Source of the DNA: an uncultured delta proteobacterium
Lineage (GTDB): Bacteria; Myxococcota_A; Polyangia; Fen-1088
NCBI GenBank assembly: GCA_963755125.1
Contig: CAVWIP010000007.1
Span: 135,453 to 199,452, forward strand
Direction of reading: 5' to 3'
DNA: 64,000 nucleotides
Part shown: piece by piece, positions 41,584 to 50,990 of the stretch
Layout: every line of letters begins with the position of its first letter
How positions within the stretch are numbered: the first letter of the stretch is position 1
Notes under the pieces: generated by a model
Seen by the model: only the letters and a program-made list of their open reading frames with translations
The model's database searches: none
What the model was told of the DNA's origin: nothing
Program-made: the position numbers and the translations under genes

Positions 41584-43145
41584 GCCAACGTGGGCAAGCG
41601 GGCAGGATCGCGGGATTCGGCCGCGAGCACGACATGTAACTCGATCTCCTTCGGCCCAACTCGCACAACATGCTCGCCACGCCCCGGAACGAGAGTCCGC
41701 ACGATCTCCGCCCGCGTCGCCAAGTCGGCTCCTTCCAGGCGCTGCCGCAGCTCGGCGACAGTGGCAAAAAGCGTCTCCATCTCGATCTTGCGGCTGACCG
41801 CGAGGTCTGCGCCACTCTTTGCCGCATCCACCTGATGAGCGAGCATCTCCCGCTCACGCTGGGCTGCTGCGAGGTGGTTCTCGTAAACCTCATCCGCGAT
41901 CAGCCCCTTGCGAAAGTGCTCGGCCATCTTTTCGCATCGCATGTTGTGCTGAGCGAGCTTGGCCTCGGCACTGAGCAGATCTTTCGTCCACGCGACCTGA
42001 TCGGCGTTGGCTTCCTGCTGTCGCCGAATCGCTGCCTCGACATACCTGGGCTTGGAAAGCATCTGGACCACCGCCATCCAAACCCGTCGGTCGATCTCAG
42101 CAACGGGCCGCATGGGCAGAGTGCATCGACCTCGTTCGCCCGGCCTCCGTCGATGACTACAGACGTAGTACCGGAGCGTCCGCTGGTCCCGAGCACCCGA
42201 GCGAACTGACGTGCATCCGATAGGCGCGCCGCAGATCGCGCAGACGCCGATCTTTTGAATCAAGTACGTGTGCTTTGTGCGGCGCAGGCCGCGTTTGCCG
42301 TAGCGGCTCAACGCAGCGTCCGCGGCCCACCAGGTCTCGTCGTCGACGATGGGCGGAACCTTCACCACCAGGTTGCGGGCCTTATCCGCAAGCCATTCGC
42401 CTCGATAGATGGAATTTCGGGCGATCTGCCAGACACGCTCTCGAATCCACCGTCCGGGTTTGCGTTTCCCTGCACGGCTCTGTCGCGCGCGCGGTATGCA
42501 CCGGGCTTGGAGATCTATCGCGATGGCTTCGCACGACTCTCCCTTGATAACACGGGCGAAGATTTCTTTGACGATAGGAGCGAGATCCGCATCAAGTTCC
42601 CAGACACGGTCGTCGCGAGAATAGATCAAACCAAACGGCGTTGGTCCTGAAGGCTTGCGGTTTTCTCGGATCGCTTGGAGCCTGCCGCGCACGGTGCGCT
42701 CTCGCCGCTTCCTGTTTTCTTCAGCGGCGAAGAACGTGCCGAGCACCGCTTGCAAGTCTCCGATGGAGCTGTTGAGATCGAGCACCTGGCCTGTCGAAGC
42801 AACCGCGAGCTTTACTTGGGCATGCTGGAAAGCGCCAAGGATCTCGCCGCGTTCGCGTAGGTCCTCAGATCGTGTGAGCCGGTCCAGGTCAACCACCACC
42901 ACAACATCGAAGGGACACGGCTTGCGCTCCATGTCGCGGGCCAAACGACCAAAGCCCGCCCGCTGGCCTAGCTTGCCAGCCTTTGCCGTGCGGCCGTCAT
43001 CAACGTAGGTTTCCGGCGGGCTCACCAGCTTCCACCCCCGACTCTCGACGAAGGCTGGCAGGTCGTGGATCTGGGACGCGATCGTGTGCCGGTCTTGTTG
43101 GATGACACTTGAAACGCGCGGGTAGATCACAGCCCGGATGGTCAT
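41574..43145 (-). CDS. Large serine recombinase (integrase)
   Basis: YPRVSS catalytic Ser, [11 protein letters not shown] recombinase domain, N..Y.G, CAICG...YYVC...C zinc ribbon, coiled coil. Confidence 0.96.
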   Translation of the reverse strand: MTIRAVIYPRVSSVIQQDRHTIASQIHDLPAFVESRGWKLVSPPETYVDDGRTAKAGKLGQRAGFGRLARDMERKPCPFDVVVVVDLDRLTRSEDLRERGEILGAFQHAQVKLAVASTGQVLDLNSSIGDLQAVLGTFFAAEENRKRRERTVRGRLQAIRENRKPSGPTPFGLIYSRDDRVWELDADLAPIVKEIFARVIKGESCEAIAIDLQARCIPRARQSRAGKRKPGRWIRERVWQIARNSIYRGEWLADKARNLVVKVPPIVDDETWWAADAALSRYGKRGLRRTKHTYLIQKIGVCAICGAPIGCTSVRSGARDQRTLRYYVCSHRRRPGERGRCTLPMRPVAEIDRRVWMAVVQMLSKPRYVEAAIRRQQEANADQVAWTKDLLSAEAKLAQHNMRCEKMAEHFRKGLIADEVYENHLAAAQREREMLAHQVDAAKSGADLAVSRKIEMETLFATVAELRQRLEGADLATRAEIVRTLVPGRGEHVVRVGPKEIELHVVLAAESRDPARLPTLASG

Positions 43146-43411
43146 TGGAGTGGGCTCCTCGGGTTCATCAGCAGACCGCCTAGCAACTCCGCCAGCTTGC
43201 GCAGAGCACGGTCATCATCGACTTCAGCATACAGGAGAACCACACGGGTGTCCTGCCCGCCGCGAGTACCCCCGGGGGGCCGGCCTTGCGGTGCATGATC
43301 TGACGCACTGTTGGCGGGACGTGGAGGAGACGCTCCTCTAGCACCCTGGGGATCCGCCTCACATGGGGGCGCGCCGGGGGAGTGGAACCGGGCCTTGCGC
43401 TCGCTACGCAT
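43142..43411 (-). CDS. Small hypothetical protein translationally coupled to the integrase (possible directionality factor)
   Basis: Stop overlaps the integrase ATG (ATGA); start and function uncertain. Confidence 0.3.
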   Translation of the reverse strand: MRSERKARFHSPGAPPCEADPQGARGASPPRPANSASDHAPQGRPPGGTRGGQDTRVVLLYAEVDDDRALRKLAELLGGLLMNPRSPLQ

Positions 43412-43832
43412 GGTCCCGGCCTTTCAGGCAGGCGAAAGGACTTGCTATTCCAGGGTGGGGACGCGGAACAGACTGGAAACATCGTGCAGGCCCGCCATCG
43501 CCGCCGCCAGGACCATCGCCCCCGCGGCCACCGCCACGGCCGCCTCCACCACGTCGGCGAACGGCACGACGGCGGGTGGCGGGACGGCAGCCGACGCAGC
43601 GGTTGCGCTGATACTGGCGGCTGCCAGCGGCAATGGACATTGCCAGGATGCGCGTGACCTCTTGCGCCCGCTCGCGGAGCAGCTCGGACGCAAACGGGAA
43701 GGGCCAGGTCTTCAACTGACAGACAGGCACCATGACCTTCTCGGCTGTGCCAAGGATGTCCTCGATGAATTTCCTGCTACACGCACCGCATTCGAGTGTC
43801 TTGGATCTCGTGACTTCTATGTTCGTGGGCAT
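43404..43832 (-). CDS. Hypothetical protein, diverged paralog of the 43955-44764 N-terminus (possibly degenerate)
   Basis: MPTNIEVT..LE.G...R..I..ILG matches MHTNIEIT..LE.G..R..I..LLG; GGAGG RBS. Confidence 0.45.
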   Translation of the reverse strand: MPTNIEVTRSKTLECGACSRKFIEDILGTAEKVMVPVCQLKTWPFPFASELLRERAQEVTRILAMSIAAGSRQYQRNRCVGCRPATRRRAVRRRGGGGRGGGRGGDGPGGGDGGPARCFQSVPRPHPGIASPFACLKGRDHA

Positions 43833-43954
43833 CTTGGCCTCCATTTCGGTTTGCACATTCCGGAAAGCATTCACTGACACCTCAGCCGTGGTCCGGCCCG
43901 CGTCGGCGGCGGCTGCAGGCCCGACACGGGCACATTGCTCACGACCGTTCGCGC

Positions 43955-44764
43955 TCATGGACATCCCTGGCTTGAGCCCGCGATGTCCACGGCGCCGACG
44001 TCCTTGGCGGCACTCGCCAACACCCAGCCGACCAACTCCTTCGCCTCGGCGAATTTCTTTGCCGCCAGTTCGATGGGCTTCTCACCAATGCTGTCCACCC
44101 AGGTCTCAGCCGTCTTCGTGTAAACAGGCTCAAACGAAAGAGAGTCTATCGGCTGGTGCCAGGTGTACCGCTGCCCCGCCACTACAAATGCGAAGCATGC
44201 GTACCGCCGCACGGGCGGCACGTACGCGCCTGAACCGCCGCACTTCAAGCACAATGCATCTGACCAGTCAGCACCCTCGCCATTGCAGGCAAAGCAACAG
44301 CCGACTAGCGGTGTGACCTCGTGCAGCCATGCAACCTCGCAGAAGTTCCTCTCGTAGAGCAACTTCACGAGTTGGTTCTTCAGGCCATAGATGGCGTCGC
44401 GATGAGCACCGGAGCACGAGTGCCATTTTGCGTAGCGGTTCAGGTTGAACATCGCCTCGCACGCGGCCGGCAGGGCCTCCAACCAGGAGGAATAGGCTGC
44501 TGAGAATCTCGCGCACCGCCGCTCACCAGCCGCCGTAACTTGAGCCTCGCGCCGCTCAAGCAGGGCAAGGTGCTCCAGGAACGCCGCCGTCTTCTCGGCA
44601 GCCGCGACTCTGTCGAGCGCGAAGAGGCGCATTGGAGCAGCCCGACGGTAGTGCGGATTCGGCGCCAACCGATCAGGTGCGCCCAGAAGCCCATCGATCA
44701 GCCTCCGATTCCACCCACCCCGCTCAAGGACCTCAGACACTGTGATCTCAATGTTCGTGTGCAT
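43955..44764 (-). CDS. Hypothetical protein: RGW-type N-domain + YkyB-like domain with DnaJ-type Zn finger
   Basis: RGGW..LLG.PD..NPHY..M.LF...RV..AE; AMFNLNRYAK...IYGLK; CFACNGEG and CLKCGGSG; YTWHQP. Confidence 0.65.
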   Translation of the reverse strand: MHTNIEITVSEVLERGGWNRRLIDGLLGAPDRLAPNPHYRRAAPMRLFALDRVAAAEKTAAFLEHLALLERREAQVTAAGERRCARFSAAYSSWLEALPAACEAMFNLNRYAKWHSCSGAHRDAIYGLKNQLVKLLYERNFCEVAWLHEVTPLVGCCFACNGEGADWSDALCLKCGGSGAYVPPVRRYACFAFVVAGQRYTWHQPIDSLSFEPVYTKTAETWVDSIGEKPIELAAKKFAEAKELVGWVLASAAKDVGAVDIAGSSQGCP

Positions 44765-44845
44765 CTCTTCTTTCGACCCTTGAGTTGCTGATTGTTGGAA
44801 TAACTGCCGCATCCGTCGGTTGCCTCGCCAGCAGCGTTGAGCCCT

Positions 44846-46573
44846 TCATTTCATGTTCTTTGGGGGTTTGGCCCAGGTCGGACGAATATCTGCTTCGACG
44901 ACGATGGGCACGGACGTGACAAAGCGTTGCATGCCCTCGATCATCGACTTCTCGACAACCGCTTTGACTTCCTCGGCGCGGTCCACGGGAGCCTCGACCA
45001 ACACCTCATCGTGGACGCAGAGAACCAGTCGCGCACCGAGCGGCGGCAACCGCCGGTGCAGGAGAACCAACGCCGCCTTCATGCCATCGGCTGCCGTTCC
45101 TTGAATCGGTGTGTTCAACCGTTCGCAGTAGCCTTTTCTGCGAGTATCGAAACGTCGAATTCGGCCGCCCGCAGTCCTCAACTCAATAGGCATCCGTGCG
45201 CGCATTTTCTCTTGCCAGCGAGCAACACCGCGATAGGTCCGTAGATAGGCCGCCTTGTACCGCCTCGCCTGTGCGGGCGTGAAGATCACGCCGTAGCTGG
45301 TCAATGCGTCCATTACGAATCGCTCGGCGCCCATGCCGAAGGGAAACCCGAAATTGACAGGCTTTGCCGAGTCCCGATCATCGCCGCTCACCTCCAACTC
45401 GTCGATGCCGAGCATTGCTGCCGCTGTACGGCGATGTGGATCTCCTTTTTCATTGAAGATCTTCATGAGTGCAGAGTCCTTGGTCTCATGCGCCAGCACA
45501 CGCAGCTCGATTGCGCCGTAGTCGGCGTCCACGAACACGAAACCGGGGGACGCGATGATTGCCTGCCGAACCATGTTCTCCTTCGGCACTGCCAGCAGGT
45601 TTGGCTCCGTGCAACCGAAGCGCCCCGTCGGCGCCGCCAGTGGGTTTAGCTGCGGGTGAATGCGCCAGACGCCGTGTTCGTCATCCCGCTTCAATGCATC
45701 CAAGACGCTCTTCCCGATATTCCGGGAGAACTGGATTTGTTTGCGATAGTTGAGCAACATTTGGACCTCCGCTCGGGCGAAAAATGGGGCGAGCGCCTCT
45801 GCACTCGTACCAGGTGCAACGATGCCCAGGCGGTGGAGCGCCGGGAGAACCTGTGCCGGCGAGTTGATGTTCTCGACCCCCAAGGCTTCGGCAGTGAGCT
45901 TTCCGAGCCTATCCGCTTCGGCCTGGCGATGCTCGCACAGGGAGAGCCATGCATCACGGTCGATACACACGCCGGACAACTCCATTGCTGCCACGGGAGC
46001 CAGAACCTCGAATTCCAGGTTTGCGATCTGGTCGAGGTCGGCGGCGGTCAGTAGGGCCGCCAGATTGCTCTTGAGAGGATTTAGCACCCACACGTCACGG
46101 GCCGCGTAGTCGAGTTGCTCCGGCACCAGATCTCCTGACCACGTGGACGTCTGCATCTTCTTGTCCAGGCAGATGTGCAGCTGGCGGTTGCAGACAGCTG
46201 CAAGGGTGTGAAAGCCTGCTTCGTGGAGGTGCTGGCCCTTGCTGAGCAGCTTGGCCGCGGTCATCGTGTCCCACACGGATTTGGGCTCAATGCCGAGGTG
46301 GTGCCTCAGGAACTTGAGGTCGAATTGCAGGTTGTGCCCAATGATCGGCGTTGATTTGATGGCGTCGCCCACGGGGCCGAGGGAATTCACTGCGAAAAGG
46401 TCGATGATGACCACCCGGCCGTCGGGGAAACCAACCTGAAGGAGACGTGGCCGATCGCTGAGCGGGTCCAGCCCCGTGGTCTCCAAATCAAGAGCGACTT
46501 CGCCTGCTGCGTCTATGGCGGACGCCACAGCGCCAAGCTCGTTGTGCGCACAGATCACCTCGTACTTGATCAT
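44846..46573 (-). CDS. A-family DNA polymerase with 3'-5' exonuclease, no 5'-3' exonuclease
   Basis: ExoI DLETTG, ExoII HNLQFD, ExoIII YAARD; TGR..PNL; motif A DYGAIELR; motif B R..AKPVNFG; motif C VHDE. Confidence 0.96.
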   Translation of the reverse strand: MIKYEVICAHNELGAVASAIDAAGEVALDLETTGLDPLSDRPRLLQVGFPDGRVVIIDLFAVNSLGPVGDAIKSTPIIGHNLQFDLKFLRHHLGIEPKSVWDTMTAAKLLSKGQHLHEAGFHTLAAVCNRQLHICLDKKMQTSTWSGDLVPEQLDYAARDVWVLNPLKSNLAALLTAADLDQIANLEFEVLAPVAAMELSGVCIDRDAWLSLCEHRQAEADRLGKLTAEALGVENINSPAQVLPALHRLGIVAPGTSAEALAPFFARAEVQMLLNYRKQIQFSRNIGKSVLDALKRDDEHGVWRIHPQLNPLAAPTGRFGCTEPNLLAVPKENMVRQAIIASPGFVFVDADYGAIELRVLAHETKDSALMKIFNEKGDPHRRTAAAMLGIDELEVSGDDRDSAKPVNFGFPFGMGAERFVMDALTSYGVIFTPAQARRYKAAYLRTYRGVARWQEKMRARMPIELRTAGGRIRRFDTRRKGYCERLNTPIQGTAADGMKAALVLLHRRLPPLGARLVLCVHDEVLVEAPVDRAEEVKAVVEKSMIEGMQRFVTSVPIVVEADIRPTWAKPPKNMK

Positions 46574-46650
46574 CGTAACCTCACGATTCGGGGCATGGTT
46601 TTATCAATGGGACAAAGACTCTCCTGTAAGTGCGCCCAGTTGGGAGGACG

Positions 46651-46956
46651 TGCCCCGGTGCCCCGATTTTCCCGGGTATGAGAGCCAACAATAGAGAGGG
46701 CCACCACTCGCTCTTTCGCCGCGTGGCGTCCGGTGGGAGTTAGCCGTCATCATGCGAGGCATCCTTTTCTGGCGGGGCGGCGGGGCGGGGGGGAGAAGAA
46801 GAAGAATTAACTAATTGATTTCCCTCCTCCCCCCCCGCCGTCGACCCCACCACGCGCCCCGGTGAGGCTGTTTCGCGCCCCGCTTTTTCGGTCCCGCGCC
46901 CCGGTTCTTGGCCCGCTCTGCCCCCGCTATTCGGCGCCGCTGACGCCGGCGCCCCG
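46651..46956. repeat. Putative replication origin: GCGCCCCG iterons and AT-rich core in inverted GC arms
   Basis: GCGCCCCG at 46854, 46875, 46896 (21-bp period) and 46949; inverted CGGGGC near 46773-46786; AATTAACTAATTGATT core at ~46805-46820. Confidence 0.6.
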
Positions 46957-49625
46957 CTTTTCTGGCCATCGCCAGGGTCATCCAATTCCAGGGCCTGGAG
47001 GGACATCACAATCACCCTCGGGCGCCCCCCACCACATTTTTGCTTCGACGTCATGTGCCCAGCATCTCCGGGCCTGATCACACCGGCGGCACATAGCCTG
47101 GACCACAACGTGGACGGCCTGAGCACCATGGGCGTGCCAGCCGCGCGCATGGCGCTCCCCACGGCAGCAAGGGTGGCCTCGGGCAACAGGTACACTGCAT
47201 CCTTGTCCCGCCAGCCGATCTGCTGAAATCCCGCGGCTTGTTCCAGCTTCGCCTCTCGGTCTTCGACAATCTCGACCTTCCCCTGCACCACCAATTCCCG
47301 CAACTGCCTCATGAACCTGTCGGGTGGGTCCTCATCGGCGACCGCGTCACCCTGCGCGTCACCGAGTTGCCGAAGTATCGACGCAGCCTGGTCGACGAAG
47401 TGCTCGGCCTCTCTCTTGCCAAATACGCCCATATCCACCGCGAACTCGGAGAACAGCTCGATGCTCACCATCAGATGGGCGAGAGCTTCCGGCGTGCGGA
47501 GGTGGTTCTCGCTCTTTTGGAATTCCGCGCGTCGCGCGACAAGGCGTTCGTGGAGTCGTTGCCCAATGCCATCAAGACGCGGAAGCAGCCATCCGATGTA
47601 GCCTGCCATCGCGTGCGGGAGCCGATCCTGTTTGCCCTGCAACTCGGACAACATCGCGGTGTTCACCCAGCGACGTTCCACATGCACGGGCAGAATCCGC
47701 GACACGATCGACTGTCCGTTCGGCAAGTCCTCGCCGGTAACTATGATGATCGAGCGCGGAGGCCGCTCGGGACGCTCCGACATGTCATGCGTCATCCGCT
47801 TCCTGCCGGCCCGGTTCCCTATTGAGCGCAAGATGTGCTCCCCCTTCCGGCGCAGTTCCTCCCAGTTTTCGGCTGCTCGCGGGGCGAAATCGTCGATGAC
47901 TGCCAGCACGTCCTTGGCCAAGAAGATCGTGTTCTCAATGCTCGCCAGCGTGTCGTGCCACGCAGCAGGCATGGCGTTCATGGAGAACTCCCCGAAATGC
48001 GCGATCGCCACAGTGGCAAGAGTGGTCTTCAGGGAGCCAGTGGGTCCCTCCAACCAGATTGTGGACACGAACGGGAGAAATGATTGGAGCGGCGCATGGT
48101 ACACGGCAGCGAACAGGGGCAGCGTGATCCCTCGCGGGGCGACGTCGAGGAACTTCAGCGAGAGCCTAGCTGCGTCTGCAACATCTGTGGCTGGATCGGG
48201 AAGGGTGTAGTGCGCTAGCCTTCCGTGAAGCTCTGTCCGCATTCCGGGGGCTCCGATTGCACCCGCGGCGTGCAGGAACACCCATCCCTCGTCAAGCTCC
48301 TGCCAGCCCGTATGGGTGTACACTCTCACGATCTCTGGCTCGGAGTTTTCCTGCATGGCCGCGCGCAGGTGACTCGCGGTTCCCGGGCTGGCGCTGACGT
48401 TCGCGACGGCGCCCCAATGTTTCATGGGCCACAGGTCGCTCTTGAAGTCATCCGGCTTCAGGGTGATCGTGGGTAGGCTTTCTCCAGCCACCGTATGGCC
48501 CTCGACCTCGAACGATCGCGTTTTCGTGACGCCATCGTCGCTGATTGTCTCGGCCTTGATCTCAGCAGTAAAGTTGCACAACGGAACTGGATCTTCCACA
48601 ACCCTTCCGTCCACAAATTTCGTCTCCATCTTGCATAGTACCCCGTTGTGGACGCGATACTGATCGCCGAACTGGTCCTCCGTCGATGCCGCGCCGTCTA
48701 CATTCTTGAGCTTGGTTTCCGCCTGCGAGAGCGCGGAGTTGAAATCCTTGGCGCTGATCTTCCCGGCCGCCTTCAGTGCAGCGCGGACCTCTATCAGGCA
48801 CCCGATACCACGTTCCTTCGCCGCAATAAGGAAGGACAGGTCGGCAAGAAGGGCCAACGCCGACTCCCGGGTGGCGGATTGCGCCCGCGCGATCGGGTTG
48901 GCAAGGAATGCACGCTCGATAACTTCCTTCAGTGCCCCGGCACCGTGCGCGGCGAGAAAGTCATCCGGTCCCCACGACTTGTCTGTCGGAGACGATGGCA
49001 GCGCCGCAATCTTCACAGTGGCGCCGCCGAGTTCCAGAGCGTGAGCGAGGGCTCTCTCATCATGGGCGACGCTGGCGTTGGTGGCCCTGTTGCTGTCAAA
49101 CAGGATCACAAATTCGTGGTCCTTGACCGCAACGCGCTTCCAGGAGTCATTCAGGCGTCTCGGGTCGTCCTTTTGGGTCAACGTGGTGGATGTCCCCCCA
49201 AGCCCCACGGCCTTGAACCCGACGGCTGCGAGGGCCAGCGCCTTGATGGGGCTCTCGACCACGATTGTCGGCAAGTCATCTGCCGCCGGCAGGGGTGGGG
49301 TGTAGACAGGTACCTGTCTCCCCGATTCACACAGATATGGAGGCCCATCTCCCGGTGTGTCCGGACGAAAACGCCATACGGGTGGGGACACGCCTAAATA
49401 GGGAATGGCTAGGCCACCGCTTGACACAGGTCCTTTGCGCCCCAGCAGCCGCACCGCCTCCTCCGCCGACACGCTCCGCAAACCTGCTTTGGCTGCTACC
49501 TCAACTGGGATGGCACGAGCGTGCAGATACTCGATGTGTTGGGCCGCGAGGTGTTCCGCGCCAGTATCTTTCGTGGCGCCAGTGTCGACGGTGCTACTAT
49601 TGTTGTCGGGGCTCGACGGGTCCAT
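46740..49625 (-). CDS. Primase-helicase fusion (DUF3854-like TOPRIM + DUF927/Cch-like AAA+ helicase)
   Basis: IVVESPIKA, ILFDSN, GPDDFL TOPRIM-like motifs; YTHTGW; Walker A GPTGSLKTT; Walker B VIDDFAP; TGE; AGGAG RBS. Confidence 0.88.
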   Translation of the reverse strand: MDPSSPDNNSSTVDTGATKDTGAEHLAAQHIEYLHARAIPVEVAAKAGLRSVSAEEAVRLLGRKGPVSSGGLAIPYLGVSPPVWRFRPDTPGDGPPYLCESGRQVPVYTPPLPAADDLPTIVVESPIKALALAAVGFKAVGLGGTSTTLTQKDDPRRLNDSWKRVAVKDHEFVILFDSNRATNASVAHDERALAHALELGGATVKIAALPSSPTDKSWGPDDFLAAHGAGALKEVIERAFLANPIARAQSATRESALALLADLSFLIAAKERGIGCLIEVRAALKAAGKISAKDFNSALSQAETKLKNVDGAASTEDQFGDQYRVHNGVLCKMETKFVDGRVVEDPVPLCNFTAEIKAETISDDGVTKTRSFEVEGHTVAGESLPTITLKPDDFKSDLWPMKHWGAVANVSASPGTASHLRAAMQENSEPEIVRVYTHTGWQELDEGWVFLHAAGAIGAPGMRTELHGRLAHYTLPDPATDVADAARLSLKFLDVAPRGITLPLFAAVYHAPLQSFLPFVSTIWLEGPTGSLKTTLATVAIAHFGEFSMNAMPAAWHDTLASIENTIFLAKDVLAVIDDFAPRAAENWEELRRKGEHILRSIGNRAGRKRMTHDMSERPERPPRSIIIVTGEDLPNGQSIVSRILPVHVERRWVNTAMLSELQGKQDRLPHAMAGYIGWLLPRLDGIGQRLHERLVARRAEFQKSENHLRTPEALAHLMVSIELFSEFAVDMGVFGKREAEHFVDQAASILRQLGDAQGDAVADEDPPDRFMRQLRELVVQGKVEIVEDREAKLEQAAGFQQIGWRDKDAVYLLPEATLAAVGSAMRAAGTPMVLRPSTLWSRLCAAGVIRPGDAGHMTSKQKCGGGRPRVIVMSLQALELDDPGDGQKSGAPASAAPNSGGRAGQEPGRGTEKAGRETASPGRVVGSTAGGEEGNQLVNSSSSPPRPAAPPEKDASHDDG

Positions 49626-49640
49626 CGTCGTTCTCCTGAG

Positions 49641-49669
49641 CGCCGCCCCTGGTTGGGCGGCGTTCTTCT
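49641..49669 (+). terminator. Hairpin just upstream of the primase RBS (+ strand terminator or 5'-UTR structure)
   Basis: CGCCGCCC-ctggtt-GGGCGGCG followed by TTCTTCT. Confidence 0.4.
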
Positions 49670-49980
49670 GTCAGGTATTCGAGAATGCTCAGAACCGAGG
49701 GGCAGCGTGCGCTGGCGTGTCGGTGCCGGAATCGCGATCGTAATGGTTCGGGCGATGAGCCTCTCATTAGCCGACCGGTCGGGCTGTTTGCCAATGCCGA
49801 GTGGGAAGACGCTGTCAGCGTCCACAACATTCTGACCATCGCTACACTAACTTTGCTGCTTGATGAGGGCGGCGGAATTGCGACCCTTCAATTGGAGCGC
49901 TATATCGTCAAAATTGCGACGAAGCAAGAGCAATTATCGCTGGGTTGGATAGACTGAAAGCAACGGTTTCAATTAGGGCG

Positions 49981-50990
49981 GCGTTAAGAACGCCTGGGAC
50001 GTTGCCTAATAGCGGGTTGTGAAGAATTGCCTTTGCATTGGGTAATTGATGACGTGGCCGCGAGAAATTGAGCGTCGCTGCATACCGAGGGGCTCATTGG
50101 CATGTCGCTCAGACCGGCAGTCTTCTACGGCACTCATCAGGTGCGCGAATTCATTGCTTCTTATGGAATCCCGGCCCACCGTGAAGAACGGCAGGATTCC
50201 CTGTAATAACCGGCCTGCGCCGCGCGCGAATCCGTTGCTTCTTCTAGGATTTCAGGGCTGTTGTGAAGAACGCCTGCCTCGCGTGTAATAGCGGTCCCTT
50301 GAGATTGAATTGGAGCACCATCCCACGGCTTGATTCTCCTGGCCGTTTGTGTGGAACTATTTTCTTTCGTGGTGTCTCGTGCGCGATCCGAGATTCCTGC
50401 TTATTGCGAGTTTTGGGGTGGTCAGAGGCTAACCCCAAGGTTTCTTCGCATGTAGCCTGAAGGCGTTCGACCTAGCGGACCTGCGGGAGGTGAGCGGGAT
50501 TGGGTGCGGGATTTGCGCCCGATGATGTCTTGGGCATGCTCATAGAGCCCCCTTGCGAGGCGACGTAGACATAATGCAAATCATCGTCACGCGGATCCTG
50601 GAAGCTGCATTGAGGATGCCCTGGGCATTGCCTTATAGCTGGTTGTGAAGAATGGTTGCCCCCTTGGTAATAAGGGACGCGGAGGTTGGTGATTGGGCAT
50701 CGGTGGGCGCCTATAGCCCGAGGGCATTCCGGTTCACGCGACGGTCTTCGATGGACCTTCTATGTGCTTGGATCCATTACTCCCTTGATAGTCTTAACCC
50801 GTCGTCAAGAGCGCCAGCGTGGCGTGCAGTAGCGGACCGCTGCGTGCTGGGATGTATTGGATCTTGGAGGGGCTAGCCCGTCGTGAAGAATGCCTGGATT
50901 GTGCGTAATAGGAGGCTGTTTGGATTGAAGTTTGGGGGCAATCCGCGGCTGGATGGCCCTTGGCCGGTCCGCATCGTCACGGGGATCGTG
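49981..50990. repeat. Degenerate ~370-bp non-coding direct duplication carrying 8 copies of a GTGAAGAA-N15/16-TAATA motif
   Basis: Motif at 49983, 50019, 50181, 50263 and again at 50609, 50645, 50804, 50883 (offset 620-626 bp); intervening sequence also alignable. Confidence 0.75.

Noticed and set aside
413..41893. Many long antisense or alternative-frame ORFs (e.g. 413-1426, 2803-4206, 6385-8325, 8228-9520, 40091-41893)
   Set aside because: Shadow ORFs of high-GC genes; they overlap well-supported genes and have no motifs
41582..43145. Intein or self-splicing intron in recA
   Set aside because: The insert does not begin with Cys/Ser in frame, hits a stop at 41797, and encodes a serine recombinase on the opposite strand
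44846..46573. Host polA
   Set aside because: No 5'-3' exonuclease domain and it lies within the element's gene run
49870..50060. 36-bp periodicity and a box-C-like word suggesting a TIGR array
   Set aside because: Periodicity is weak and limited to about five units, no clear box D, and no recognisable Nop-domain protein nearby; kept only as an unexplained motif array
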